Assembly: GCA_965237525.1 (NCBI GenBank)
Contig: CBDEFO010000008.1
Coordinates: 32,001-96,000, forward strand
Origin: Candidatus Latescibacterota bacterium
GTDB lineage: Bacteria; Latescibacterota; CBDEFO01
Reading direction: 5' to 3'
DNA: 64,000 bases
Below the pieces are notes generated by a model. That model saw only the letters and a list, made by a program, of their open reading frames with translations. It made no database searches and was not told where the DNA came from. This document shows, one piece after another, positions 9,704-20,450 of the stretch. Position 1 is the first letter of the stretch. Each line of letters opens with the position of its first letter. Both the position numbers and the translations under genes were made by a program.

Positions 9704-11083
9704 TCAGCCATTTAGCCCGTCGTAGAACCAAGAGATGGGCAAGCCCACACAGATACCTGTTCTCATACCTCGCCACTTTGCGGCGGGCAGGTCATAACCC
9801 ATCTTGCCATCCTCTTCAATGATATAATAGGCTCGCTCTATGCACAGGTAGCGGATGATGACTACATCCTTGCAGAATGACACTAACGGATATCTTCCTT
9901 CGAGGTTGTTCAGAGATATTCTGGGTGAGTGTTCCATAGCTCTATAGTACCGGATGGGTGGAGGTTCGACGCGGGTGATGTCGCTTTCTTTCAGGCAGAC
10001 GATGTTCCTTCCACGGTTCCATGTGGCCCCGCCGTCTTTGCTGATGGCACAGGATAAGCGGTGACGCTGCAGTCCCATCTCAATCTCATCTGCAGATGCC
10101 TGGTTCCAAATGACCAACAGATCATCGGTTCCGGGGATCCTGACCAGCTCCGCTGGCGCCCTTGAGGAAGCCAACGTTGTGGGCTCTGGCTGTGACCAAC
10201 TTGTGCCGTTGTCTTGAGACCAGGACTGATATAGACGTCCGAGAGGTGTCCTCAGAATCATCATGAGATGTTCTGGACTGACCTCAGCTACCACAGGCTC
10301 CTCGCAGGAATAGTGTCCGCCGGCACTATAAGCCAGGGTTACAAAGAGTTCTCCACCACCCGCCCGAATCCCCATTCCCTCGTTTGTCTGCCAGGTCTCA
10401 CCCTCGTCATCGGAATAGTAGACCCAGCAATAACACATATGATTTTCGAAACCGTGGTAACCTACCAGAACGCTGTCGTCGCCAAATAGAGCCCGACCTT
10501 TCTGCCGAAGAAGCTTGCCGATGTGAGTGTAGACAGAGGCGACTATACGGCCCGTGCTGGTGACAGTGGCGCCGTACATCGCTGCTTTGTCAGATGGCTG
10601 TGAGACCCTTATGGGCTTGGACCAAGTCTTTCCCTCGTCATCGGACCGGAAAAACCAGTTACCTACTCCAAATTCTTGATCGGATCGCCCCGCAAAGAAT
10701 CCACCGATGCCACCCGACTTCAACCGTACAAGACTCTCAGCATACCCCTCCATCGACTGCCCCTCTGCATCGAGCATGGGTTCAGGTTCGCTCCAGGTCT
10801 TTCCGCCATCAGACGAAGTGGCCCGACCCAATAGAGAGTTGGTGGCTACAATGTAGGTTCCACCGCTTTGGGCCGAAACATTCAGCAGGCTCCCGTCCTT
10901 CAGTTCGATCATGCCTCCTTCGTGTGGGATATGACCGATATGGAGGAACAGGCTCTCTTTGGGTACACATGAACGAACTTTGCTTACGAAGTCCGGATCT
11001 ATATTTGCATTCTGCATACTTACTGTCTCCTCTTTATATTTACTGTCTGCTCGTTGTCCTTTTAAGCAAACTTTCTGGACCAC
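9704..11083 (-). CDS. BNR/Asp-box repeat sialidase-family protein
   Basis: Asp boxes SSDGGKTW, SDDEGKTW, SDDEGETW, SQDNGTSW and SKDGGATW. The real start may be the downstream MQNAN. Confidence 0.85.
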   Translation of the reverse strand: MVQKVCLKGQRADSKYKEETVSMQNANIDPDFVSKVRSCVPKESLFLHIGHIPHEGGMIELKDGSLLNVSAQSGGTYIVATNSLLGRATSSDGGKTWSEPEPMLDAEGQSMEGYAESLVRLKSGGIGGFFAGRSDQEFGVGNWFFRSDDEGKTWSKPIRVSQPSDKAAMYGATVTSTGRIVASVYTHIGKLLRQKGRALFGDDSVLVGYHGFENHMCYCWVYYSDDEGETWQTNEGMGIRAGGGELFVTLAYSAGGHYSCEEPVVAEVSPEHLMMILRTPLGRLYQSWSQDNGTSWSQPEPTTLASSRAPAELVRIPGTDDLLVIWNQASADEIEMGLQRHRLSCAISKDGGATWNRGRNIVCLKESDITRVEPPPIRYYRAMEHSPRISLNNLEGRYPLVSFCKDVVIIRYLCIERAYYIIEEDGKMGYDLPAAKWRGMRTGICVGLPISWFYDGLNG

Positions 11084-11380
11084 TTTACTTTATTGGATCA
11101 TCAACCCCGCTTGGCCATCACCTGATTCGCCGTCAGCCCGCAGATGTGGCCACTGCGGCGCGTCGTAACTACGTCACGCCCGTCACGAAGCGGCCAATGT
11201 TCTGCGGTTGCGCCATTGCGTAAAAGGCCGTTATCCTTTCCACGTTCTTGTGATCAGATCGTCGGAAGTTCCGTCCTGATTCTATCACATTCCTAAAGAG
11301 CCTCAAGGAACTGCTCTTCAGTCACCGGTGCCATCTATATATATTCCTTTTAAAAGAATAATCCGCGTGTATTCTTACGT

Positions 11381-12214
11381 TTATCGGATGTGCGGAGGCT
11401 CCATCACTGCACGCTGCTGCTCTGTCATGTCCAGAATATAGTCGGGGAATGAAATTTCGTGGGCGTACTTGCCGTAAGCCTGAAACCCCGGACTGAACTT
11501 GTAAAGCAGCGCGCGGCGCTGGTGCTTGCCCTTCCACGGCAGCGCGCCGTGCGTCAGGGCCTCCGTAAAGATCACCGCGTCGCCCGCTTTAACGTTGGCC
11601 TCCATCACATACTGCTGATACTTCTCATAAAACTTCAAGCTCTGCGGGCAGGGGAGGTTCGCCTTGTGGCTGCCCGGAATGAACGCCAGTCCGCCATCTC
11701 CCGGCCCTTCGTCTGCCAGCATAAACTCCACAACTGTTAGCCCGCAGTAGATGGCCCCGTTCTTGAAGGAGTAAGCCCGCGAAAAGTTGGAGCACTCTTC
11801 ACCACCGCCGTGCAGGCGGTGGCCCTCGGTGCCCTCGTCCATCGCAATTACGCCTGGCCCATGATCCAGCCGATAGCCCTCTCCCAGGATGACATTGAAG
11901 TAGGGCACGATGCCCGGGTGCACCAGAATGTCCCGGAACAGTTCACACCATGGACGCTCCCATGCCAGCATTCCACCAATATCCTTCCGGTGTGAAGTAC
12001 CTCCCAATGTCTTAGACTCAAACGCCAGCGATCTTGGGTACTCCGTAAGTTGGTCAATGTGGTGGTCGATGGCGGCGTTGCAGGACTCCACCTCCTCGGG
12101 CGTCAGCACCTCTGGGATGATAAGATAGCCCGTCAGGTCGAACAAATACTTTTCGTCGTCGGTCATGACACTCCACCTCCTTATCGGCTTCAAGATATGT
12201 GTGTTATCCCTCAC
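11381..12214 (-). CDS. PhyH-family dioxygenase
   Basis: YLFDLTGYLII, GGLAFIPGSHK and AGDAVIFTEALTHG. Likely start is MTDDEK after GGAGG. Confidence 0.85.
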   Translation of the reverse strand: MRDNTHILKPIRRWSVMTDDEKYLFDLTGYLIIPEVLTPEEVESCNAAIDHHIDQLTEYPRSLAFESKTLGGTSHRKDIGGMLAWERPWCELFRDILVHPGIVPYFNVILGEGYRLDHGPGVIAMDEGTEGHRLHGGGEECSNFSRAYSFKNGAIYCGLTVVEFMLADEGPGDGGLAFIPGSHKANLPCPQSLKFYEKYQQYVMEANVKAGDAVIFTEALTHGALPWKGKHQRRALLYKFSPGFQAYGKYAHEISFPDYILDMTEQQRAVMEPPHIR

Positions 12215-12329
12215 TGTCTAAACTTCTGCTGGCACAGCACTACTCATGCTGAATTCGCCCCGGGCAAGCACCTACCGGACCAAAAGACTCTAGCTGTTGT
12301 TCAGTGCTACTCTTTGCCGTTGATAATCA

Positions 12330-12545
12330 TCAGTCTTGCTCTGCAAGCTTCACATACTTTCCGTCGTAGAAGATAAGCAGTTGGCCGTCGCTCACATCGC
12401 CCGTTATGATCTTTCCAATTATGAAGTCATGGTCGCCGCCCGACAAAACTTCAACCACCTGACAATCCACGAACGCCAGTTCCTCTTAGATGATCGGGTA
12501 GATCGGAAGCGTGACCAGGATTCTGGTCTTCGTGACCTCGAGCAT
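12330..12545 (-). pseudogene. Flavin reductase-like C-terminal fragment with internal stop
   Basis: Manual translation PII*EELAFVDCQVVEVLSGGDHDFIIGKI...LIFYDGKY shows the GDH motif of flavin reductases. Confidence 0.7.
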
Positions 12546-12989
12546 GACTGAACCGATCCGCAATGTTGTTTGAACTTGTGGGAAATCTCCTTTCCAGGGG
12601 AAACCAGCCGCGGCATGGCGTGTGTCCCATACACTGCCCCTCCCCCTTTAGAGACGGCGGAGATTACTATGCTCTGGGTAATAAAGTACGGAACTTTCAG
12701 GATTTGTCAAGAGAAAAGGAAGTATCATACACAGGAGGTTTATGCGAACGATGAGTTTATAGCGTGGGGCCCTTTGGTTGGATAGTTCGGTATACCGATG
12801 AAAGCGAGGCAACTGGAATTTGAACAATCGAGCCAGTTTCTTAAACCGGATCTCGGGTTTCTCACCAGGATATTGAAAAGCTCTCCGCCGATCTGATAAA
12901 ACTACAGTTTTTTCAAACCGGAGTCATCTCTCAAGCTCGTTACCGTATACAATTACACCAATCTGGTTGATACCCTAATTACGACTTAA

Positions 12990-14293
12990 CGGTTGAATAT
13001 CAAATGAAATCGGTGCACCTAATTTGATCTTTGTTTAGAGTATTAGTAGATTAAGTTGAGTTGATTGTCTTAACTTTAATCTACGGAGTCCTATGGACAA
13101 AGAGAGATTGGCCGTATTAAGACAAGAAGTCAACGAGATGTATTTTAAGAAAGAAATGTCAAAGCGAGAAGTTATCAAACAAGCGAGAGTTTCCAATGAT
13201 TTCGTTACAGCTTGGACTAAATCTCCGGATCAGGATTTTGCCATAGATAATCGGGGTTGGCCAAAAGGAAAAAGGCGAAAATTGGCTAAAGTTGACGAAC
13301 AGAGAATCAAAGAGATTTACCATAGCTTAGAGGACGATCCTTATCAGTTCTATTCAGGAGCCACTGTTATTGAACAAGAATGGAGGAATCGATATTCTAG
13401 CACCCCTCCTCCGTCGTTGCCGACTATCGGCAGAATGCTTTCAGATTTAGGACTTTCCCAGAGAAGGAAGAAAGGTAAAAACAAGGGTGCATCTCGTTAT
13501 CTTTGTTATCCAGAGTATACCATTTACTATCTTTCAGGAGGCAGAGTCCTAGAATCAGACTTTATTGGTAAAAAGTATCTTACCGGCAGAACTGAGCCGG
13601 TCAACTTCGTTGGATTTTCCTTTAAGAAAGAGCCTAAGTTAAGGTATTTTCGGCGGGTTGACGGTCAAACAGCAACTAACTTTATCGAGAAGTGTCAGTC
13701 TTTCTTTGACAGGTTTGAAAAACCAGATTTCGTTAAGGTGGACAATTGCTCGGCGACTATTGGCAGTGTTTCAGGTAAAAGGAATGTCAGCAAAGCAATG
13801 CAGTTTCTCTTGAAAAATCAAGTGATTCCGATATTTGCCGTTCCCAGAAGGCCCTTTTCTCAAGCATCTATAGAAGGCAACAATTCTGTATTTTCAAGGA
13901 AGTTCTGGAACAGAATTCAGTTCAAAAGCTTACAAGAAGTTGATCAGAAGTTAGAATGGTTTAATCTTTCATCACAGAGATACACCGGCTACCGTCCACC
14001 TAAGCAAGAGAAGTCAAACGAGAAAGATTTCATTCCCAAGACCTATTTTATCAGACAAGTCAAACAGGACACAGAACAGACAGATAAAGCCTTTATCGAT
14101 GTCCTAAATGAGAAAGTATCTCTTCCCTCCTCTTACACCAACTACTTTGTCCTGGCTGAATGGAACCTAAAAGAAGAACAATTATACATCCATTTTGAAA
14201 AAGAACAGAAACCAAAGATTGTCGAAAACCTATCATTCAAGATCAATCAAAGATCGAAAGAGAAGTGCACCGATTTCATTTGATAAATAACCC
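12990..14293 (+). mobile_element. Complete IS, family unassigned (rve/IS481-like DDE), TTAA target
   Basis: 29-bp imperfect IRs with a perfect inner core TATCAAATGAAATCGGTGCAC. TTAA at 12986-12989 and 14294-14297. Confidence 0.88.
13093..14283 (+). CDS. DDE transposase with integrase-core-like domain
   Basis: N-terminal HTH-like region; candidate triad ESDF / KVDN / SIEG. The stop codon lies inside the right IR. Confidence 0.8.
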   Translation: MDKERLAVLRQEVNEMYFKKEMSKREVIKQARVSNDFVTAWTKSPDQDFAIDNRGWPKGKRRKLAKVDEQRIKEIYHSLEDDPYQFYSGATVIEQEWRNRYSSTPPPSLPTIGRMLSDLGLSQRRKKGKNKGASRYLCYPEYTIYYLSGGRVLESDFIGKKYLTGRTEPVNFVGFSFKKEPKLRYFRRVDGQTATNFIEKCQSFFDRFEKPDFVKVDNCSATIGSVSGKRNVSKAMQFLLKNQVIPIFAVPRRPFSQASIEGNNSVFSRKFWNRIQFKSLQEVDQKLEWFNLSSQRYTGYRPPKQEKSNEKDFIPKTYFIRQVKQDTEQTDKAFIDVLNEKVSLPSSYTNYFVLAEWNLKEEQLYIHFEKEQKPKIVENLSFKINQRSKEKCTDFI

Positions 14294-14580
14294 TTAACCT
14301 TTGGTACTCTATGTAGGGATACTCTATGAGGGATTCCATGTAAAGCTGTTTCCGGCTCCCAAGATGTCAGCTGAGAGATGCTCGGCTAACAGGCTATCCA
14401 CAGCATCTTTGTGGGCTGCAGGAATAGGCCAAGTGACGGAGACAGATCGAAAGAAGGTAAATGCTCTCTGGCGCTGACTGCGAGAATGTGGCCGTTCTTT
14501 TCCTCCCATTCGTAGGATCGGTTGCCACTTTATAAAACGAATGAAATGTAAGACTTCTCTTTCCCTGATCTCCAGAACGC

Positions 14581-15441
14581 TTAATCCCCCGGAGGAGAAA
14601 CGTCCACGGGTACCCAGATATTCGGGTCAAAAGGAGCCAGGTAGTAATCGACGAAAAAGTCCGCGTTGCGGTTCAACTCTGTCTGGCCGCTGTTCGCCCA
14701 GAAAGTGTAGTCAGTTGGGAGGTTATCGCTGTCAATAACGGCAAAGCCTATTCCGATTATGGCGCCCTCTTCATAGGTATGTACTACGCTGTCATCAACA
14801 CTCCTAAAATCTATATCGTCAAATCCCATGAAGTATGTCTCCACATTCAGCGTTCCTGGTCCGCCTGCTTCGCCTTGAAAGGTCCAGCGCAGGTCGGCAT
14901 AAGGAGGCAAGCCGGCCCACGAGGCCGTCCCCCAAAACCAGATCGGATGCTCTCTTTTCAGAAAATAGTGATAGTTCTGAGCTTGAGCTGAGTTGTACCT
15001 GTCCGGGTCCAGATCAAGCTTATCCATAACTTGGTACTGGCCACCGCTGTGGTCAGCATCTATGACCCACTCGAGCATCTCGTAAATGTCTTCTGATGCT
15101 TGGTAAAGAGAGACATCGTCGTACCTATCTTCCATCGTATATATCAGGTTGGTCACCGGACTCCATCCTACGATTATCCTTTCAGCAAGGCTACAGGAGT
15201 CCGGATCTCCCAGGCCCCTGACAGTCTCTACCAGATCGTTGTGCGTCACCCAGAGCGAATCAGGAACGTTAGCCCACTCGCTGAGGTCACCGTCTACCTT
15301 AATGTTCTGGTACTTATCGGTGCCAATAGGCACCTGGACAGCAACGAAGGTCCTATCTGACCGCAGATGAGCAGAACCCGTGCTGATCGTAAAAAGCACA
15401 GATACTAACATCGTGAATATTGCAATGATTTTGTCTGTCAT
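14581..15441 (-). CDS. Secreted acidic protein, CBM9/DOMON-like
   Basis: Signal peptide, IKVDGDLSEW motif, Asp/Trp-rich, GIGFAVIDSD. Confidence 0.6.
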   Translation of the reverse strand: MTDKIIAIFTMLVSVLFTISTGSAHLRSDRTFVAVQVPIGTDKYQNIKVDGDLSEWANVPDSLWVTHNDLVETVRGLGDPDSCSLAERIIVGWSPVTNLIYTMEDRYDDVSLYQASEDIYEMLEWVIDADHSGGQYQVMDKLDLDPDRYNSAQAQNYHYFLKREHPIWFWGTASWAGLPPYADLRWTFQGEAGGPGTLNVETYFMGFDDIDFRSVDDSVVHTYEEGAIIGIGFAVIDSDNLPTDYTFWANSGQTELNRNADFFVDYYLAPFDPNIWVPVDVSPPGD

Positions 15442-15489
15442 GATATCCTTTCATTAGAGAATGATTCACCAACAAAAAGGTGCACGATT

Positions 15490-15700
15490 CCCTTATAATA
15501 TCCTTCGGCGATCCACCTGGCCCCTGCCTCCGGCCCTGAGGCAGTCGTTCCGAACGGCGCCCCCTGGTTCGGGCACAGATCTAGGATCCCACCCATCGCC
15601 TTTTCGAGATACGGGTGATCGTATTCACCGGGATAGCCATCCATATAGAAGAGTGATAGGGTCCCACACACGCAATGTCCAGGTAGTGATGCAGGCATCG
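15490..15700 (-). pseudogene. Probable HpcH/HpaI aldolase C-terminal fragment
   Basis: GYPGEYDHP...GAPFGTTASGPEAGARWIAEG resembles the HpcH C-terminus; the N-terminal part is absent. Confidence 0.45.
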
Positions 15701-15992
15701 CCTGACCATTAGCCGAGCAGGCAGTCGCCGGATTTGAGTCTACGCTTGAAGGATCGTCCGAGGGAGTAGGCTCGTGTGTGCAGGTGCTCTAGCCGTTACT
15801 TTCCAGACCGTTTATGCGTCCATTGAAAAGCTGGTTCAGCTGGACAGAGAAAACCGTCAGTACGTCATGCTGAGTCCTGCCCTGAGCAAAGTCGAACGGA
15901 CAGCGAGGTATCTAACTCATCAAGGTCGAGATAATTGGCTCTACTCAGGATGTCAAGCGCCGAGGCGCTTGCTCCCAGCTCCATTAGATCCA

Positions 15993-17120
15993 TCATTCAT
16001 AGAGCCACCGCGTCGGATGCGTCAGCCATATTGGCTCCAGGGTACCCGCAGGTGAACTGACGCGAATGAAAATGTAAAGATTCTCACCGTCGTCGCTGAA
16101 ATACACCTCATGATAGTGAAGATGCATAAAGTCATGGGGCAGTTCGCCCAGAATCTCATCAGGACCGCTACCCCCACGGACCATTGTCGTGAGGGGCGGA
16201 GGCTCAACACGCGTGACCGACTCCACACCGGGACTCTGGACAAGGGTCTTGAAATTGTCCCAGGTCTGGCCGTCGTCCCTCGAGATGGCTACGGAGAGCC
16301 TTCCACGACGATACCCGGCTTTGATCTCATCAACCGACATCTGGTTCCACACGAGCACCAGATCCCCTGTGTTGGGAATGCGGTTCAGGCGGCATGGGGA
16401 GTTGGACATCGCAAGGTCGGTCGTCTCCACCTTCGTCCACGCTTTGCCGCCGTCAGCGCTGTAACTCTTCAAAATCCGGCCGCAAGTCGACCGCATGAAG
16501 CACAGCAGACGTCCGCCTTTCAGTTCAGAAACGACTGGCTCCTCACAGCTCCAGTGCCCGAGGTGACCGTCTTGAAGGTAGCCCATCAGGAAGCCCTTGG
16601 AATGCTGCCAGGTCTGGCCATCATCGTCTGAGAAATTCATATAGCTTCCAGCCATCTCCGGGACATGAGTGTGTGTCTCCAGCGGGATCTTCTGACCTTT
16701 CCAGATGGCATAACCGCCACGCTGTTCGCGAGTATAGTCGGGGTGCTCGCCCTTCATTTCGAGGTAGAAGGGGATCACGATCCGGCCCCGGTAGTCTCCC
16801 TGCTCTATCTGGATGGCGGCGTTCCCGAGTGAGGTGGGTTCGACCGTGCCAACGTCAGAGCTGAACTGATCTCCTTTGATCCAACTCGCGCCACCGTCGG
16901 CTGACGTGTACGAGCGCCACTGATCGTACTTGAAGAGCTTGCCGGAGTTCAACTTCAAGAACGTACCCTGTTCCTTAAGCTCTTGTGGGCGCTCGGTTCC
17001 TGGCCTCTCCCCGGAAGGTAGTTGCATAGAGGTCTGGCTGCTCAATGTGCTCTCCTTTCCGTGTCGCAAACCATGACCACCCAGAAAATGACAGCGACGT
17101 GATGAATGTCCGGCACACAA
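15993..17120 (-). CDS. BNR/Asp-box repeat sialidase-family protein (5' end uncertain or degraded)
   Basis: SADGGASW, SDDDGQTW, SADGGKAW and SRDDGQTW. Shares SCEEPVV and LVWNQ motifs with 9704-11083. Confidence 0.8.
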   Translation of the reverse strand: MCAGHSSRRCHFLGGHGLRHGKESTLSSQTSMQLPSGERPGTERPQELKEQGTFLKLNSGKLFKYDQWRSYTSADGGASWIKGDQFSSDVGTVEPTSLGNAAIQIEQGDYRGRIVIPFYLEMKGEHPDYTREQRGGYAIWKGQKIPLETHTHVPEMAGSYMNFSDDDGQTWQHSKGFLMGYLQDGHLGHWSCEEPVVSELKGGRLLCFMRSTCGRILKSYSADGGKAWTKVETTDLAMSNSPCRLNRIPNTGDLVLVWNQMSVDEIKAGYRRGRLSVAISRDDGQTWDNFKTLVQSPGVESVTRVEPPPLTTMVRGGSGPDEILGELPHDFMHLHYHEVYFSDDGENLYIFIRVSSPAGTLEPIWLTHPTRWLYE

Positions 17121-17248
17121 TATCCAGATGGCTATGACTTATGCCGTGCCCTTGGTCATTGGAAGTTAGCCGTTGGATATTCGACCACACACGGCAATAG
17201 CTGGGATTTAGTGGCTTCCTCCGAAATACAAATGTTAACGATCTTAAC

Positions 17249-17581
17249 TTAAGACATTTTGGACAACCCGATGATCTCCCGCGCCTCCTCGGGTGAGGCT
17301 ATCTCTCGTCCCACCTCACGTGCGATGCGCACCGCCTTTTCCACCAGTAAGGCGTTGGTTGTGGCCAATGTGCCCTCTTCAGCGACGATGCCGGCTGGCT
17401 CATGGCCCATAATAAACGGCAACTCCGGTACGTAGCCAAAGCCGTCCATTAACTTCAGGTCTGTCCCATCAGTGCCACAAGCCATGACTTGCACGAGTAC
17501 CTCGTCGGGGCCGGGTCGTGGCGTTTCCACCTCCTCCAGTTGCAGGGGCTTGCCAAATTCTCTCAAGACTGCTGCTTTCAT
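17249..17581 (-). pseudogene. Chimera: Zn-alcohol dehydrogenase N-terminus fused to BKACE (3-keto-5-aminohexanoate cleavage family) C-terminus
   Basis: MKAAVLREFGKPL...CGTDGTD...GHEPAGIV runs in frame into ATTNALLVEKAVRIAREVGREIASPEEAREIIGL. Confidence 0.75.
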
Positions 17582-17594
17582 AGTACGTTTCTCC

Positions 17595-18447
17595 TTACAT
17601 GGAAGAGATCCTTGAGTCGAGAAACGCCTTGCTCTCAGTGAGAACCTGCCTGGGGTCTCTTTCATAGCCCCAAGCGAAGGCTTCATACTCGACCGAAATG
17701 TAGCCCGCGCAGTCCACAGCCACTATGGCACCCAGCAGGGCATCGAAATCTATATCACCCATTCCCAGCGGAGGGAACTCAAAGTCCTCCACGTCGCCCC
17801 TGGCATCCTTGATATGTACATGTGCCACGCGCTCGCTCAACGCCCTGTATGCGCCAACTTCATCAGCCCCTCTGATATGGTAGTGGCTCGGGTCAAAGAG
17901 GACCCCCAATTCCTCCAGCCCATCGTAGCTCAGTAGCTCCTGCATCCGGCTCAGGTTATGTACCAAGACCCTAGGCAGCCCCGCTGCTTCGAAAGCCAGC
18001 GTTACGCCCAGAGGAGCTGCAATGGTCATCAGTTCCCGAAGGGCAGCGATCAACCACTCCCACTATTGGCTTTCCCGGCCATAGAAGTCCTTCCGCCCGG
18101 AGCCTACAACGACATATTTCGTTTCGAGATCCGAAGCGAGTTCCACTGCCCCTTTGACAAACTGAAAGTTCATCTGTCTCGTTTCGGGCACGGTGTGGAT
18201 CAAGTTGGTGTGCGCGTTCAAAGCAGCGATGGTTACGCCGGACTGCTCTGCGGCCCTACGGACCAGCCTTCTGGCCTTTGAGTCTGCCTGAGGACTCATG
18301 TGCGGCTCAGGAATCGGCAAGAAGGGGGGGTTGGGCGACCTCCAGACTGATGTCGATGGCCTGGTACCCGACTTCTGCCAACACGTTGATTGCCTCTTCT
18401 ACGCTGTACATACACAAGAGCCCCGAATTGCAGCTTAGACCTTGCAT
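17595..18447 (-). pseudogene. Sugar phosphate isomerase/epimerase (xylose isomerase-like TIM barrel), disrupted
   Basis: LAFEA, FDPSH, HVHIKD and ISVEYE motifs. Frameshift at the G7 run 18324-18330 and in-frame TAG at 18063-18065. Confidence 0.85.
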
Positions 18448-18550
18448 TTGAATATTCCTTCTTCCTATGTTGAATGTTGCTGCAATAAGATCGAATAGTT
18501 TAATAAGTAAGGCACGGTCATTGCTCTATCGGTTGGGTCCACTGTTTACG

Positions 18551-18579
18551 ATTTTAACACATTTTCTCCTTAATGGCAA
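18551..18579 (-). promoter_or_regulatory. Sigma70-type promoter for the epimerase/ADH operon
   Basis: TTGCCA-N17-TAAAAT; nearly the same sequence as 28554-28582. Confidence 0.65.
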
Positions 18580-18709
18580 AAGAATTGTAGTGCCCCCCTG
18601 TAAGGATGATCGTTATTCTGTAGATGCGCTGCGTTCGAAGGGAAAAAGGTAAGCCTTCTATTTTTCATCAGTATTTAGATGTTATCGCAGCCACAAGCTG
18701 AGCCAGTGA

Positions 18710-18843
18710 GCATGACGTTTTGGTCATAAGCCGCGTGCGGCCGCGGCAATCAGATCGATTGAATTATTATAGCGTTTTGCAGCGGAGGACGACACCACAA
18801 AGCTATAATAATTTAGCCCGTCGGCTTGATGATCGTGTTAGCC
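18710..18843 (-). other. Integron attC site (solitary)
   Basis: Minus strand: R'' GGCTAAC, L'' ATCAAGCCG, internal IR AATTATTATAGC/GCTATAATAATT, L' CGGCTTATG and degenerate R' GTCATGC. The upstream gene's TAA lies in R''. Confidence 0.7.
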
Positions 18844-19335
18844 CGCACCGTCTCCACCAGGGACGACCATGTTGACCGCTTCTGACGGAAATGTATGCTC
18901 GATATACCAATTCTCCGCAGCCGCCCAGCGTTGAATCCCGTCCTCTTTTTCGTTGCGATCTCTCATTCTCTGGACGCACACCTTATGTGGAGTGTCAACG
19001 TAAAGAGAGAAATCGTAAAACGGTTGGAGTTAAGGTCGAAAAGAATAGACCCTTCAACAGTGATGAGACCCTTCGGCTCAACTTGCACCGCTGGCCCAAG
19101 CCGCTGAAGATCCCAATCGTACTGTTCGTATCTGGCAGCCTTCCCCTTTCGTAACGGCTCAAGTTCCTGGGTGCGCAAACGTGGCCAATCGAAGTACCGC
19201 ATGTAAGCTTCTTCAGGTTGAAGCGCGCCTCGTTGTGTTTCGCTCATCACACGATAGAAGTCATCGCCTTCTATGACCTGCGCCTCGATCATGTCACGCA
19301 ACTCCTTGGCGAGCGTCGACTTGCCTGCTCCAACT
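18838..19335 (-). pseudogene. Uridine kinase-like P-loop protein, disrupted cassette gene
   Basis: GAGKSTLAKEL...IEGDDFY. After a frameshift near 19050 it reads VYSFRP*LQPFYDFSLYVDTP...RMRDRN...ENWYIEH to TAA at 18838. Confidence 0.75.
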
Positions 19336-19546
19336 GCTTGCCGGACTGATCACTTATCTACTTTTGGTACTCTATTTCCAGCAACAACACCAACAACAAC
19401 CTTCTATCCAACGCTTACGCGAGTTGCGTTGGAAGATCTGTCAGGAAGTAAAATCCACAATATATATGCCTATCTACATTATAATACCAACAAATATGAA
19501 ATCACTAATGCTACTCTTATGGTCTAAAATGCATGCAATTTTCTAA

Positions 19547-20431
19547 TCAGAAATTACTGGGTTTGGAGTAGCTAAGATTAGGACGAGGGAAGAAAAATTG
19601 TTCATCGGCTGTTTCGTAAAGAGTTATGCTATCATATTTCAGGTGATGTAGCTGAGGCCAGTGGTCCGGCTCATTACCCATTACCATGCGGTGTTCAAAA
19701 GAAAGCAAAAGGCCATCAATATTGCGGTAGTCCATGTAACTGATTGTTGCGACAACAAAGCTGCCTTGGTCTCTCACCGAAAACGTCATATAATCCAATC
19801 GTTCTGTTTCACGGGAAATCCACAATACATACTGGTCAATAGTCTTCTTGGGCTCAAAACCATCCCAGGTTGCCATCACAAGATCATAAATCTTTCCTTC
19901 CCATTCTCTCTCACCAATTAATGCAACTGTATTGGCCTCCTGAATGCGGAATGGTAATAACAAAAAGTAGGGCCCGGTGGCCACATAAAAAAACACACCG
20001 AAATCTTGCTCAAATACAGGCTCTTCCCCAGGTTCTATCTTATAACATGCCCAGTTCTGTAGTCCCCACTGCTTGCCCTGCCGAGGGCCATCCAGGAACT
20101 CCCACCGACCATTATCCGTCCCAAGCAAAGTTGTCATCTTTATTCGCTGTGGGTAGTGCGAATAATAGCCAAACATCCAGCGATAGGGTGCAAATGTGAT
20201 GTTGTGTGTTACCACTGCCTCACTTGTCTTGTATTTTTCCCAATGCGATTTCCCCCCATGTGTAAGAAGCATTTTGTTAAGAATGTCCCGTCCCTTTTTC
20301 TCTTCAGCGGTAGTGGGATCATGCATTTGTATGCTTTCCGGCAAAGGGATGGAAACCTTCCGCATTATCATTCCAAAAATCAATGCCATGAGTGCTATGG
20401 ATGCCAGGCCAATAATGATTTTTTTTCTCAT
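19547..20431 (-). CDS. Hypothetical exported or membrane-anchored protein
   Basis: 294-aa ORF with N-terminal hydrophobic segment; THGGKSHW; no family recognised with certainty. Confidence 0.7.
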   Translation of the reverse strand: MRKKIIIGLASIALMALIFGMIMRKVSIPLPESIQMHDPTTAEEKKGRDILNKMLLTHGGKSHWEKYKTSEAVVTHNITFAPYRWMFGYYSHYPQRIKMTTLLGTDNGRWEFLDGPRQGKQWGLQNWACYKIEPGEEPVFEQDFGVFFYVATGPYFLLLPFRIQEANTVALIGEREWEGKIYDLVMATWDGFEPKKTIDQYVLWISRETERLDYMTFSVRDQGSFVVATISYMDYRNIDGLLLSFEHRMVMGNEPDHWPQLHHLKYDSITLYETADEQFFFPRPNLSYSKPSNF

Positions 20432-20450
20432 CTTATATTCCTTTAATCAT

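Noticed and set aside
15864..15913. GTCATGCTGAG...CCTGAGCAAAGTCGAA REP-like remnant
   Set aside because: Single degenerate copy in the window; cannot be supported as a repeat.
18063..18065. Pyrrolysine or stop-codon readthrough at in-frame TAG codons (also ~41770)
   Set aside because: Both genes also carry frameshifts, and no pyl machinery is visible; ordinary decay is simpler.
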